Positions 15,636 to 24,961 of a DNA stretch of 36,847 nt are shown piece by piece; position 1 is the first letter of the stretch; the number at the start of each line of letters is the position of its first letter. The notes beneath the pieces are model-generated. The model was not told the DNA's origin, ran no database searches, and was given only the letters and a program-made list of their open reading frames with translations. The translations under genes were made by a program, and so were the position numbers. The stretch comes from Candidatus Dadabacteria bacterium RIFCSPHIGHO2_12_FULL_53_21 (lineage in GTDB: Bacteria > Desulfobacterota_D > UBA1144 > Nemesobacterales > UBA2774), in contig MFCJ01000037.1 of NCBI GenBank assembly GCA_001775255.1, positions 1 to 36,847 on the forward strand. The letters run 5' to 3'.

Positions 15636-16493
15636 TCACAGATTCTTTGCCTCGAATGTGTTGCAGGACTCTATATCTCCCGAATCGAGACCCTTTTTAA
15701 ACCAGGCTACCCTCTGTTTCGAGCTCCCGTGTGTGAATGAATCGGGCGTTATGCGGCCCTGAGATTCCATTTGAAGACGGTCGTCTCCTATGCTGCTCGC
15801 GGCGTTCAAACCTTCTTCTATGTCGCCGTGCTCGAGTATGTCACGGGCCCTGTCGGCGTTGTGCGCCCAGACGCCCGCGAAACAATCCGCCTGAAGTTCC
15901 TGCATGACGGAGAGTCTATTCGTCTCGGCCCCACCGAGCCTCCTTTGAGCGCCCTGTACCTGCTCCGAGATGCCGAGCAGGTTCTGAACGTGGTGTCCCA
16001 CCTCGTGCGCGATGACGTATGCCTGAGCGAAATCGCCGGGGGCGTCGAACCGTTCCTTGAGGTCTCTGTAGAAGCTCAGGTCTATGTATACCTTCTCGTC
16101 GGCAGGGCAGTAAAACGGGCCCACCGCGGATTGGGCGAAGCCGCATGCGGAGTCTACGGCCCCGGAGAATAATACGAGTGTGGGTTCGCGGTACCTGCCG
16201 TTGTATTTGACGAACAATTCGCTCCACGTGTCCTCGGTATCGGCGAGCACGACGGACACGAAATCGGCGAGTTCCCTGTCTTCATCGGAAAGAGGGGCAC
16301 TGTCGTAGCTTGAGGTCGGATCGACCCCTGTGGAGGTGATATCATTCAGGAGCTTGACCGGGTCAGCGCCGAGAAGTATCGCGATTACGATAAGTATAAG
16401 AATACCTATCCCTCCGCCCGCGGCTCTTCCGGGAAGCCTCACCCCTCTCCTGTCCTCGATATTCGTGCTCCTTCTGCCCATTCTCCAGCGCAT
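15636..16493 (-). CDS. ypfJ: YpfJ-family neutral zinc metallopeptidase
   Basis: 285-aa ORF. The N-terminus MRWRMGRRSTNIEDRRG plus a TM anchor is characteristic of YpfJ. The zinc motif HEVGHH is present. Confidence 0.85.
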   Translation of the reverse strand: MRWRMGRRSTNIEDRRGVRLPGRAAGGGIGILILIVIAILLGADPVKLLNDITSTGVDPTSSYDSAPLSDEDRELADFVSVVLADTEDTWSELFVKYNGRYREPTLVLFSGAVDSACGFAQSAVGPFYCPADEKVYIDLSFYRDLKERFDAPGDFAQAYVIAHEVGHHVQNLLGISEQVQGAQRRLGGAETNRLSVMQELQADCFAGVWAHNADRARDILEHGDIEEGLNAASSIGDDRLQMESQGRITPDSFTHGSSKQRVAWFKKGLDSGDIESCNTFEAKNL

Positions 16494-16598
16494 TCGCCTG
16501 TCATCCCTCCTGATTCAGTTTCCAAAAAGTAACATATAAACCCGCCTGCATCCACAAATATTATATACGGATATTCACAAGACCCGGGAACGTGTATC

Positions 16599-17279
16599 AT
16601 GGTAATTCAAATGGGCAGCAAGGCTCTTTTCTCCTGGAGCGGCGGTAAGGACAGCGCGCTCGCTCTCTATGAAGTCCTCGGGACCCGAAGTTGCGATATC
16701 GCATCCCTTATCACGACCGTTACAGGGGAATACGACAGGGTCAGTATGCACGGCGTCAGGAGCCTTCTCCTCGAAATGCAGGCGGACTCGCTCGGGCTCC
16801 GTCTCGAAAAGGTAATCATCCCGCGGAACGCGTCCAATGAGGAGTACGAGAACTCTCTCGAGAGGGCGCTCCTGAAATATAAAGGGTCGGGTGTGGACTC
16901 AGTGATTTACGGAGACATATTCCTCGAGGAAATAAGGAAATACAGGGAGGAGCAATTGGGGAAACTGGGGCTCGGGTGCGTGTTTCCTATTTGGGGCAGG
17001 GACTCATTATCGCTCGCCCGGACCTTTATCGAGGCGGGATTTAAAGCGGTGGTCGTCTGTGTCGATTCGACTCTACTCGACGGAGGATTCGCGGGGAGGG
17101 AATTCGATAGGGATTTCATAACCGATCTCCCGCCTGATATCGATCCCTGCGGAGAAAACGGAGAATTCCATACCTTCGTTTATGACGGGCCTGTATTCAG
17201 GGAGAGGGTAAAATTCGTAAAGGGAGAGATAGTATTGAGGGACGGGCGTTTTTATTATTGCGACCTCCTGCCGCAATGA
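16599..17279 (+). CDS. PP-loop ATP pyrophosphatase of the MJ0570/Dph6-related (diphthine-ammonia ligase-like) family
   Basis: 226-aa ORF with the PP-loop SWSGGKDS near the N-terminus and C-terminal GENGEFHTFV typical of this family. The start could instead be the ATG at 16611. Confidence 0.8.
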   Translation: MVIQMGSKALFSWSGGKDSALALYEVLGTRSCDIASLITTVTGEYDRVSMHGVRSLLLEMQADSLGLRLEKVIIPRNASNEEYENSLERALLKYKGSGVDSVIYGDIFLEEIRKYREEQLGKLGLGCVFPIWGRDSLSLARTFIEAGFKAVVVCVDSTLLDGGFAGREFDRDFITDLPPDIDPCGENGEFHTFVYDGPVFRERVKFVKGEIVLRDGRFYYCDLLPQ

Positions 17280-17322
17280 CGGGAGTAGCATTGCCTGTGA
17301 TGTTTCTCTTTGCGAACCGCCT

Positions 17323-17547
17323 TCAGACCTCGATCACGATCTTATGGGAATGCCCCTTCAGCTTCTTCAGGAATTTCTCGTTTAGCATTGATTCCGGCAT
17401 ATTCCTCAAGATAATAGTCGAATTGAACATCCTGGCGGTTTCAATGATGTCTTCCATATGATTCTCGTACTCCCTGGCGTCGATCGAGACATTGAAGCCT
17501 ATGTGCATGAGCTCAAGAGCACTTAATGAATCTGATTTTTTTGGCAT
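17323..17547 (-). CDS. Small hypothetical protein (74 aa)
   Basis: Intact ORF in an otherwise empty gap, with GGAG 8 nt upstream of the ATG. I recognise no family. Confidence 0.45.
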   Translation of the reverse strand: MPKKSDSLSALELMHIGFNVSIDAREYENHMEDIIETARMFNSTIILRNMPESMLNEKFLKKLKGHSHKIVIEV

Positions 17548-17633
17548 CCTGGCATCTCCGTTTTTTTATTAATGATGAATCAGAATTTAAAAAAGGAAAG
17601 GCAGCGCATTAAAATAATCCGGAAGGCAGCGGC

Positions 17634-18299
17634 ATGAAGAGGATCACGGAGCCCGAGCTGATGGACGACCCCGAGCAGGCGCTTGCATACGGCAGGGCCG
17701 ATTTTGAAGAGCCTCACTCGAACTTCATTAAACTGCTTGAAGGGTACTGCTCCCCTCCGGGCCGGATCGGAACGGTTCTCGACATGGGGTGCGGAACGGG
17801 GGACATAACGTTCAGGATCGGAAGGGCGTTCTCGGGTTCAGTGATTGACGCGATCGACGGCTCGGCGGCGATGTTGCTTCACGCGCATGAGGGGCTAATC
17901 AGGAAACCTGAATTCGAGGGCAGGATTCATTTCCTGCACGGCAGGATACAGGAATTCACGCCTGATAAATCATACGGCCTCATAGTGAGCAACAGTCTCC
18001 TTCACCATATTCCCGACCCGGCTGACTTCTGGGGCGCGGTAAAGAGGCTCTCGGCTGCCGGGACGCTGGTTTTTGTCATGGACTTGATGAGACCTGGGAC
18101 AGCCGGGGAGGCCCGGAGACTCGTAGAGACCTATTCGCCGGACGAGCCGGATATATTGAAAAGGGATTTCTATAATTCCCTCCTCGCGGCGTTCGAGATC
18201 GATGAAGTTAAACGGCAATTAAAAGAAGCGGGTCTCGGCGGCCTCAAAGTCACGCGGGTGAGCGACAGGCATCTGATAGTTTACGGTATACGAGATTAG
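17634..18299 (+). CDS. Class I SAM-dependent methyltransferase
   Basis: 221-aa ORF with motif I VLDMGCGTGD, post-I DAIDGS and motif II-like LIVSNSLLHH. Confidence 0.85.
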   Translation: MKRITEPELMDDPEQALAYGRADFEEPHSNFIKLLEGYCSPPGRIGTVLDMGCGTGDITFRIGRAFSGSVIDAIDGSAAMLLHAHEGLIRKPEFEGRIHFLHGRIQEFTPDKSYGLIVSNSLLHHIPDPADFWGAVKRLSAAGTLVFVMDLMRPGTAGEARRLVETYSPDEPDILKRDFYNSLLAAFEIDEVKRQLKEAGLGGLKVTRVSDRHLIVYGIRD

Positions 18300-18326
18300 G
18301 GCTCGAGCCCGAGCCGGAAGCGGACG

Positions 18327-18848
18327 TTATTGCTCGACCGTGACGCGCCTGCCCGTGAACGTATCCGAAACGACGTTCTCCGGCACCGAATCGGGGTCAA
18401 GAGGGTCTACGACGGGTCCGAAGAACAGTACCGTGAACTCCCCTTCTATCTCCCGGCAGTTTTTGTCCGTGAACCTTATCCCAGCATTGACCTTGGCGAC
18501 ATTCAGGATATTCCCCTCTCCGTCGAAGGAGAAGTCGAGCGAGGTTGCCGACGCTTCGAGCTTGCCCGTCCTTATCCAGGCCCCCTGGGCGTCGCTGAAG
18601 TTAAGAGAGGGCTGTGCCGAGCTCGTTATTAGGATTATGCCCCTCGAGCCCAGGCTCCAGATGCTCTTCGTTCCGCTCCCCTCCTCGACCAGGTAAGTCC
18701 CGATGAAGCACTTCGGATATTTATCGCTTCCGCCGGCCCGCGCTTCCGCCGTGAAGAGAGATACCGCAAGTGATAAAGAAATGAATATCAGAAACAAATA
18801 TACACTCCATGGATAAATGCGGTAAGGTCTTCGGTTACTCATACTCAT
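18327..18848 (-). CDS. Secreted protein of unknown function
   Basis: 173-aa ORF with the N-terminal signal anchor YPWSVYLFLIFISLSLAVSLFTAEARA. I recognise no family. Confidence 0.6.
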   Translation of the reverse strand: MSMSNRRPYRIYPWSVYLFLIFISLSLAVSLFTAEARAGGSDKYPKCFIGTYLVEEGSGTKSIWSLGSRGIILITSSAQPSLNFSDAQGAWIRTGKLEASATSLDFSFDGEGNILNVAKVNAGIRFTDKNCREIEGEFTVLFFGPVVDPLDPDSVPENVVSDTFTGRRVTVEQ

Positions 18849-19046
18849 CTCCCTTGGTCTGCCCCTATTTGAAACCCGGAGCCGGATTTTTTATCAATCT
18901 GCTTTCGGGTAAATCTACACCAATTATAAGCCGCGAGTGAAGTGTCCGGGCAATAAAGCCTGACGGTTGAAAAACCCCCGCGCTCGTCTACTATATCACT
19001 GAACATATCCGTATAGTTTCATCAAGATTACGCAGGAGGCGATAAA

Positions 19047-19526
19047 TTGGGCAATGAATCGGTTAGGGAATCGGTCGAGGTGTCGAATTCCGAGCTCGTC
19101 TTCCCGACGCATACGAACCATTACGGCACGATATTCGGGGGCAGGGTGCTCGAGCTGATGGATATGACCGGCGCGATGGCGGCGATGCGTTTCGCGGGCG
19201 AGGACACGGTCACCGCGTCTATCGAAGCGGTAGATTTCAAAAAGCCCGTAAAAGTCGGGGACATAATGGAGGTCAAGGCGAGGGTCATATATACGGCCCA
19301 TACGTCGATGGTCGTAAAGGTGGACGTCTACAAGGTGGGCAAGTTTAGCCCCGGGGTCGAGTTTACATGCAGGGGCTATCTCGTCTTCGTCGCCGTGGAC
19401 GCTGACGGAAAGCCGATACCCGTACCCGCTCTCAAGGTCGTCACTGAAGAGGACAAGAAGTACTGGAAGATCGGAGAGAGCGTGAAAAACAGGTGCAGGG
19501 AGAGACAGGCGAGTGAGGAGAATTAG
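19047..19526 (+). CDS. Acyl-CoA thioesterase (hotdog fold, YciA/BFIT-like)
   Basis: 159-aa ORF with a TTG start and AGGAGG 7 nt upstream. Motif block P.H.N..G..FGG (here PTHTNHYGTIFGG) plus VTASIEAVDFKKPVKVGD. Confidence 0.85.
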   Translation: MGNESVRESVEVSNSELVFPTHTNHYGTIFGGRVLELMDMTGAMAAMRFAGEDTVTASIEAVDFKKPVKVGDIMEVKARVIYTAHTSMVVKVDVYKVGKFSPGVEFTCRGYLVFVAVDADGKPIPVPALKVVTEEDKKYWKIGESVKNRCRERQASEEN

Positions 19527-19533
19527 ATTCCTT

Positions 19534-19575
19534 ATCTGTCACAGCGCTAACCCAATCTGTCACAGCGCTAACCCA
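19534..19575. repeat. Perfect 2 x 21-bp tandem direct repeat (atctgtcacagcgctaaccca)
   Basis: Read directly: 19534-19554 and 19555-19575 are identical. The repeat lies in the 86-nt gap between two convergent stop codons. Confidence 0.95.
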
Positions 19576-19612
19576 TTAATAGCTTCACTCCCCTCTACTT
19601 TTAGCGGCCGCT

Positions 19613-19879
19613 CTACTCGGGCATCTGCGATTCCATCTTCTGGCAGGTCGTTGTCGCCTGGTCGCCCGCTCCCTTCTCGCAGCTGTACGTATAGCCCTGG
19701 CATAGAGCCATCCAGTTTTCGCTTCCGTCGGGGTTGATCTTGTGCTCTACGACCTCGATCATGTCGGGTTCACAAGGTATCTGGCCCGCGGACTGCTGCT
19801 GCAGCGGATCAATCACATACGGGTTGCCGCAAGAGAGGATAGTTATCAGCACAGCAGGTATTAGTAGAAATCTTTTCAT
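19613..19879 (-). CDS. Small Cys-containing lipoprotein, unknown function
   Basis: 88-aa ORF. The signal peptide with lipobox is MKRFLLIPAVLITILSCG. Four further Cys residues lie in the mature part. Confidence 0.65.
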   Translation of the reverse strand: MKRFLLIPAVLITILSCGNPYVIDPLQQQSAGQIPCEPDMIEVVEHKINPDGSENWMALCQGYTYSCEKGAGDQATTTCQKMESQMPE

Positions 19880-19997
19880 TTCATCACCGCCGTCTATTAT
19901 TTATTTTGTTATGCCCGTCCGGTTACTCTTGCCCGCTTCGTTTATCATAATAAGCCAGAATGGGTAAATTTTCAATTTGGGAATCGAGGTGCGTGAA

Positions 19998-21017
19998 ATG
20001 AAAGCGATCGTGCTCAGGAAAAACGGCGGACCCGGTGTTCTTCAAACGCAAGAGGTGAAGAAACCTCGGCCTGGGAAGGGTGAGGTCGGGGTTTCGGTCC
20101 GGTTTGCGGGTATTAATTATGCCGAGATATTGTCGAGGAAAGGGATTTACGGGTGGGCGCCTAAAAAGCCTTATATACCGGGGATGGAATGTTCGGGTGT
20201 AATAGAGGAGACGGGCGAGGGGGTCTGCCGATCAAGGGTCGGAGAGAGGGTGATGGTCGGGGCGAAGTACGGGTGCTATGCCGAATACGTCGTCGTGCCC
20301 GATAACAACGCCGTCCCCGTGATAGACGGGTTCGGTTATGAGGAGGCGGCCTCATTCCTCGTCAATTATATGACTGCCTGGGTCGCGCTATTCAAAATGG
20401 CGCGGGTCGGCAGAGGGGAGAAGGTGCTCATCACTGCGGCTGCCGGGGGTGTGGGGACCGCGGCGATACAGCTGGCGGCTCATGCGGGCTGTGAGGTTTA
20501 CGGCATGGCCGGAAGCCCTCAAAAATTGGAATTAATTAAATCCCTCGGAGCGGCGGGCGCCTTTAATTACCGTGACCCGGACTGTTTTAAAAATCTGGTT
20601 GCGGCTACGGGCGGTGTGGACGCCGTGATAGAAATGGTCGGCGGGGACGTCTTCAAAAAGAGCATGGTCTCGCTCAACACATTCGGAAGGGTCGTGGTCA
20701 CGGGATTCGCGAGCCTTGATCTCAACAAATGGAGCCCCTCGTCCTGGCTCAGGACCTGGAGGGATATACCCAGGGCCGATATAGGGGAGTTAGCCCGGAA
20801 ATCCATATCCGTAATGTCGTCGCACCTGGGTTATCTGCTCGACAGTGAACCCGGGAAAATGAGTCAACTCTATGACGAACTGAGAGGGTTTGTTCTGGAG
20901 CACGGTATAAGGCCGGTAGTCAACAGGGTATTCGATTTGGAGGAGGCCCGACTGGCCCATGAATACATCGAATCGAGGCAGAGCTCGGGAAAGGTGCTCT
21001 TGAAGATAGGCCGGTGA
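19998..21017 (+). CDS. Medium-chain dehydrogenase/reductase: NADPH:quinone oxidoreductase (Qor/VAT-1-like)
   Basis: The ORF-track frame is 19977-21017. I start it at the ATG at 19998 (MKAIVLRK) because GAGGTG lies 6 nt upstream. Motifs PGMECSGVI and the cofactor loop AAAGGVGTAAIQLA are present. Confidence 0.85.
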   Translation: MKAIVLRKNGGPGVLQTQEVKKPRPGKGEVGVSVRFAGINYAEILSRKGIYGWAPKKPYIPGMECSGVIEETGEGVCRSRVGERVMVGAKYGCYAEYVVVPDNNAVPVIDGFGYEEAASFLVNYMTAWVALFKMARVGRGEKVLITAAAGGVGTAAIQLAAHAGCEVYGMAGSPQKLELIKSLGAAGAFNYRDPDCFKNLVAATGGVDAVIEMVGGDVFKKSMVSLNTFGRVVVTGFASLDLNKWSPSSWLRTWRDIPRADIGELARKSISVMSSHLGYLLDSEPGKMSQLYDELRGFVLEHGIRPVVNRVFDLEEARLAHEYIESRQSSGKVLLKIGR

Positions 21018-21100
21018 TGTTTAACGGCTGATGGAGGTGCGCGGGTCCGCCGGATTACTCATGTGCCGGTTATTGAAGCTATTTCATGAATGGGAGCGGT

Positions 21101-22252
21101 CTAGGCCATCTCTTTTTTGCTCGATACGAGCCTGTCCAGTATCTCCCTCTGAATGGCTTCTATCTCTTCCCCTGCTGTCTTGATTTCATCCGTGGGCTTC
21201 CCCCTTTCCCTGCACTCCTCGACCAGCTCGTCCAGCTTCGCCCCTATGTGCTTTAGCTTCGTCTGGGCTTCGATATTGGCTTTTATCAGCATTTCCTCGC
21301 TCTCCCATTCCCGCCTCGAATATGCGTCGAGCTCTTTTGCCTGTATGAGCAGCTCCCTCAGCCGGTCCCTCCAGCCGTGGAGCGATTGATGGATGACCGA
21401 CTGGATTTCGGCTTTTTCCCCGGGCTCCCTCCATAGTACGTTCTCCAGAAAGCGCAGGTCGTCCTCGGAGACCTCGCTCCTCCCCTCGAGGTATGCCCTG
21501 GATTTGAGAAGAGAGACCGATTGCTTATATCTTCTGTCTGAGGGGGTTATGCCCTTTTTCGCCAGGTCTTTTCTGATACGGGATATGAGCTTCAATATGT
21601 TCGAAGGCAGCTTGACCCTTCCCGCTTCTTCCCGGCAGGAATCGAGTTCCTCCGAGGTGATTACCCCTTCTACGGAAATTTCGTTCTCGGTGTTGAGCAT
21701 CTTAAGAAATCTGAAGTCTTCTTTTATGTAGTCCACGACGTACCTCAGGAGGAACCTGTCGTAAAGGGCTTCGAGCTCGTCTTCCTCGGAGGGAAGCTCG
21801 TTGCTCGCACCGAATAAAGAGATAAGCGGTATCCTGACCTTTTCAGTGCCGTTATAAAAGATTCTTTCATTCATAATCGTGAGCAGCGTATTGAGGATCG
21901 AGGAGCTGGCTTTAAAGACCTCGTCCAGGAACGCTATATGCGCTTCAGGGAGCTTCCCCGAGGTGACTCTCCTGTATTCGTCGTTCTCAAGCCCCTTCAA
22001 GCTTACAGCGCCGAATAGCTCCTCGGGTGTGGTGAACTTGGTAAGAAGCCACTGGAAATAGCGGGCTCCGGTTATCTTGCGGCAGATTTCGTTAGCGAGC
22101 TGGGACTTGGCCGTGCCCGGAGGGCCGATAAGCAGCAGGTGGCTCCCCGTAAGGAGGGCGCAGAAGGCGCCGTCTATTACGTCATCCCTTTCGAAGTAAC
22201 GCGATTTCAGATCGCTTCTAATTTTCTTTAATTTTTCTAGAGTTCTTTCCAT
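21101..22252 (-). CDS. MoxR-class AAA+ ATPase, RavA-like (no LARA domain, coiled-coil C-terminus)
   Basis: 383-aa ORF. Walker A is LLLIGPPGTAKS and Walker B is IAFLDEVFKA. TKFTTPEELFG and ILNTLLTIMNER are collinear with the E. coli RavA N-terminal module as I recall it. Its start overlaps the gspK stop by 16 nt. Confidence 0.85.
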   Translation of the reverse strand: MERTLEKLKKIRSDLKSRYFERDDVIDGAFCALLTGSHLLLIGPPGTAKSQLANEICRKITGARYFQWLLTKFTTPEELFGAVSLKGLENDEYRRVTSGKLPEAHIAFLDEVFKASSSILNTLLTIMNERIFYNGTEKVRIPLISLFGASNELPSEEDELEALYDRFLLRYVVDYIKEDFRFLKMLNTENEISVEGVITSEELDSCREEAGRVKLPSNILKLISRIRKDLAKKGITPSDRRYKQSVSLLKSRAYLEGRSEVSEDDLRFLENVLWREPGEKAEIQSVIHQSLHGWRDRLRELLIQAKELDAYSRREWESEEMLIKANIEAQTKLKHIGAKLDELVEECRERGKPTDEIKTAGEEIEAIQREILDRLVSSKKEMA

Positions 22253-23349
22253 GTCACGATGTCCACTATAACTTCCTGGTCACGTCTGGTTTTCTTGAGT
22301 ACCGCTTCGATTATTCTCTTTGTCGGGTTCTCCTCGCCGAGGCTGCCTACGGCCCGTACGGTGAAAATCTCGCTCTCCCCGCTGCCGAGCACGACGCCTA
22401 CCAGACCGGCGCTGATCTCGGACGTCTCGTCGACGCTCTTAGCTATCTCCCTCGCTTTCTGCTGGGTTATTATAGGCGTTTCCTTTCTCTCCTCTATTAT
22501 CTGATCCGCAATCTGTTCCGCCACGTCGTCGTCGACCTCCTTTTCGGAGCCTCCGCCCTGGCCCTCGATGGCGGAAACGGCCGATCCCTTAACCGCGGCT
22601 ATAATCACCGCCTTCGGAGCCGTGCTGAAGTTTATCTTCTTATCTCGCGGAAAGACGGTGACGAAATCCTTAATCTGGTTATAGAATTCGTCGTCCATGC
22701 CGTCTATCATCCTGATTTCCTGGAGTGTGTCGATAGGGCCGTCCTTTATGCTGTAAGGGTTTTCGAGGCTGGCATAGAAAGACCCGTTCGCTCCCGCCGC
22801 GTCCTGATCGTTTTCAGCGCCGTCGAGCGGGGCGTCCGTCCAGTTAATGAGGCTCGAAATGAACCTCGCGGACTTGGCCTCGTCGACCTCGAGGATTTTG
22901 AAAAGCTCGGTGAGCTCGGTCCGGACCTGCCGGTCTACTTTGTTTGTCGAGCGGCCGACGAGTGAGTTCAGGTTTATCTTCGACCTCTCGTCCGTGACCG
23001 TAACGGATACGTTCCCCTGCCCGACGGGGAAATACGGCACGTTGATCGCCCAGAAGCCCTCCAGGTTCTCGTCTTGTCCGCCGAGCGCGGCAGTCAGCGA
23101 GCTCAACTCTTCAAGCGGCCTCGCTTTAAGCGTCCCCGCCGCCACGTGCACCCCCGATTTGGCGATATACCGGGCTTTGATTTCGTCCCTCGTGTTTGAC
23201 GATATCTCCGTATCTATCTGAGTGAAATAAATAAGGTCCGTTACGAGAATCATAAGGACCGCAATAATGATAATCACTATTACAAGGACGATCCCTTTTT
23301 CCTGATCCCTGTTCCTCGCGTCGTTCGTAATTTGGTATCTGTTTTTCAT
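22237..23349 (-). CDS. gspK: Type II secretion system minor pseudopilin GspK
   Basis: 370-aa ORF with the N-terminal hydrophobic helix GIVLVIVIIIIAVLMILV. Its size and its position after gspJ are typical of GspK. Confidence 0.8.
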   Translation of the reverse strand: MKNRYQITNDARNRDQEKGIVLVIVIIIIAVLMILVTDLIYFTQIDTEISSNTRDEIKARYIAKSGVHVAAGTLKARPLEELSSLTAALGGQDENLEGFWAINVPYFPVGQGNVSVTVTDERSKINLNSLVGRSTNKVDRQVRTELTELFKILEVDEAKSARFISSLINWTDAPLDGAENDQDAAGANGSFYASLENPYSIKDGPIDTLQEIRMIDGMDDEFYNQIKDFVTVFPRDKKINFSTAPKAVIIAAVKGSAVSAIEGQGGGSEKEVDDDVAEQIADQIIEERKETPIITQQKAREIAKSVDETSEISAGLVGVVLGSGESEIFTVRAVGSLGEENPTKRIIEAVLKKTRRDQEVIVDIVTWKEL

Positions 23350-23386
23350 GGTTGCCGGGTTCTTTTAGTTTGAGAGCTCGCCTGAA

Positions 23387-24046
23387 TTAATTGACTATTG
23401 GTATCATTACCAGCGTATTGAACTGTACGTCATCCCCCCTTGGATTCTTCAGGACCAGATTTACATTGACAGCGGCCGGCAGAGACAATGTCTCGTTCGA
23501 ATTCCACTCGGTCGAATAGCCCTGGGCTTCCCCGGTTTCCGGGATCTTCGGCAGATATGTGAGGTTGAAACCCGCAATCCGCTCCGATATCGCATACTGG
23601 GTGCCCCCGGTATCGGACTCGAACGTCGGGTTGTCTCTCCTCACCAGGGCGAAAAGGTCCGAGTCCTCGATCGGCTCGAGAAAATAGCTTATTTCGCTCT
23701 GGTCCGATTCCCTTGCGTCCTGAGCCGGCGTGCGGGATAGCGAAGTGAAACTCAATTTACTGTTTTGTCCGTCTTCCACCCCGTAGAAAAACGGGGTGGT
23801 AATATTGGTTGATTGCGAATTTATAAGTCCCCTGGGGAAAGCGGTCGCCAGGTCTTTTGTGATCTTCGACATGATGATTCTGGCCTCGTGATAAAGCTCG
23901 AGCTCTTCCTCTATCCTGTCCTTCGCCCTGTTTATCTGAAAGAAGGAAGCGTATAGGACAGTGAGGACTATCGACCCTATAAAGATCGCAAGCAGTACTT
24001 CGATAAGGGTAAACCCTTTACCCGTGGTCCGAGATTGCGGTCGCAA
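23387..24046 (-). CDS. gspJ: Type II secretion system minor pseudopilin GspJ
   Basis: 219-aa ORF with the prepilin-type leader and cleavage motif [16 protein letters not shown]. Confidence 0.85.
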   Translation of the reverse strand: MRPQSRTTGKGFTLIEVLLAIFIGSIVLTVLYASFFQINRAKDRIEEELELYHEARIIMSKITKDLATAFPRGLINSQSTNITTPFFYGVEDGQNSKLSFTSLSRTPAQDARESDQSEISYFLEPIEDSDLFALVRRDNPTFESDTGGTQYAISERIAGFNLTYLPKIPETGEAQGYSTEWNSNETLSLPAAVNVNLVLKNPRGDDVQFNTLVMIPIVN

Positions 24047-24428
24047 CTGTGAACTCCCTATCCCCTTCGTCCCAGGTTATGGTCAGTATCACTATCCTTA
24101 TTTCGGTCCCGAGCTGCTCTATATTGTACGGCTGGACTGATAAATACCATCCGAACTCCGGCTGTTCCTCGAAAACACCCTCCTGGTTCCCGATCTCCGG
24201 AAACCCCTCGATCTCGACCTCTCCGAGCTTCCTTTGAGCGAGGAATGAAGCAATAGTAATATTCTTCGATTGCGAGGCGAGGACGAGGTTCTTGTTTACG
24301 GCGCCGAGCAATATTGCGAGCGACGATCCGATAATGGCGACAGCAATTATTACCTCGAGAAGCGTAAACCCGGATCTCCGGGTCGGGACTCCCGAGCGGA
24401 ATCGTGGTTCATCAGTGCGGATTTTGAT
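24018..24428 (-). CDS. gspI: Type II secretion system minor pseudopilin GspI (start codon uncertain or non-canonical)
   Basis: The ORF track starts at TTG 24311. However, the same frame stays open up to 24449 and encodes [24 protein letters not shown], a prepilin cleavage motif plus helix. No ATG, GTG or TTG lies in frame upstream, so I provisionally start it at ATC 24428, which has GAGG 6 nt upstream. Confidence 0.6.
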   Translation of the reverse strand: MKIRTDEPRFRSGVPTRRSGFTLLEVIIAVAIIGSSLAILLGAVNKNLVLASQSKNITIASFLAQRKLGEVEIEGFPEIGNQEGVFEEQPEFGWYLSVQPYNIEQLGTEIRIVILTITWDEGDREFTVATAISDHG

Positions 24429-24445
24429 TTTTTGCCTCGGCCTGT

Positions 24446-24961
24446 TTATTTATCCCTCAAAAGCTCTACGTACTCATCGTATACCCTTATCCCGCCCGTG
24501 TAGGGTTTGGTCTCCAGCGTATAGTAGTCTTCGTTATCGGTTACCAGATGGATGACCGCGGGTTCGACAAAACCTGTTGGCAGGAACAGGATAAATTCCC
24601 CGGAATCGTCAAGGGAGCTTCTCCCAAGCGTGCGTTCGGTTATGACATCCTTGAAATGTACGCCTCCGGGCAGCGTCCGTTTTTTGTGCAGGTAATCGGT
24701 AGACACCACATACTCGCTGCCGTTCAGCACTTCGACCCAGTACTCCCCCCTGTCGATATCGAAAACGAGCCTGTATATATTCTTTTTAAACGCCGCTTCG
24801 TTGTACAGGTATCTTATCGTTCCGCTCAGGTTCCGGGAAGCGCTCTTTACGTTGATCTCTGTGCTGCTTTTAATCTTCGGTACGGCTATAAATACGAAAG
24901 CGCCGACCAGAAAAATCACGACCAGGAGTTCTATGAGTGTAAAACCGCTGCTCTTCCTCAT
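24446..24961 (-). CDS. gspH: Type II secretion system minor pseudopilin GspH
   Basis: 171-aa ORF with the leader [20 protein letters not shown]. Its start overlaps the gspG stop by 1 nt (TAATG). Confidence 0.8.
   Translation of the reverse strand: MRKSSGFTLIELLVVIFLVGAFVFIAVPKIKSSTEINVKSASRNLSGTIRYLYNEAAFKKNIYRLVFDIDRGEYWVEVLNGSEYVVSTDYLHKKRTLPGGVHFKDVITERTLGRSSLDDSGEFILFLPTGFVEPAVIHLVTDNEDYYTLETKPYTGGIRVYDEYVELLRDK

Noticed and set aside
19534-19575. Tandem repeat considered as a CRISPR array or minisatellite.
   Set aside because: There are only two copies, with no spacers and no cas genes in the window.
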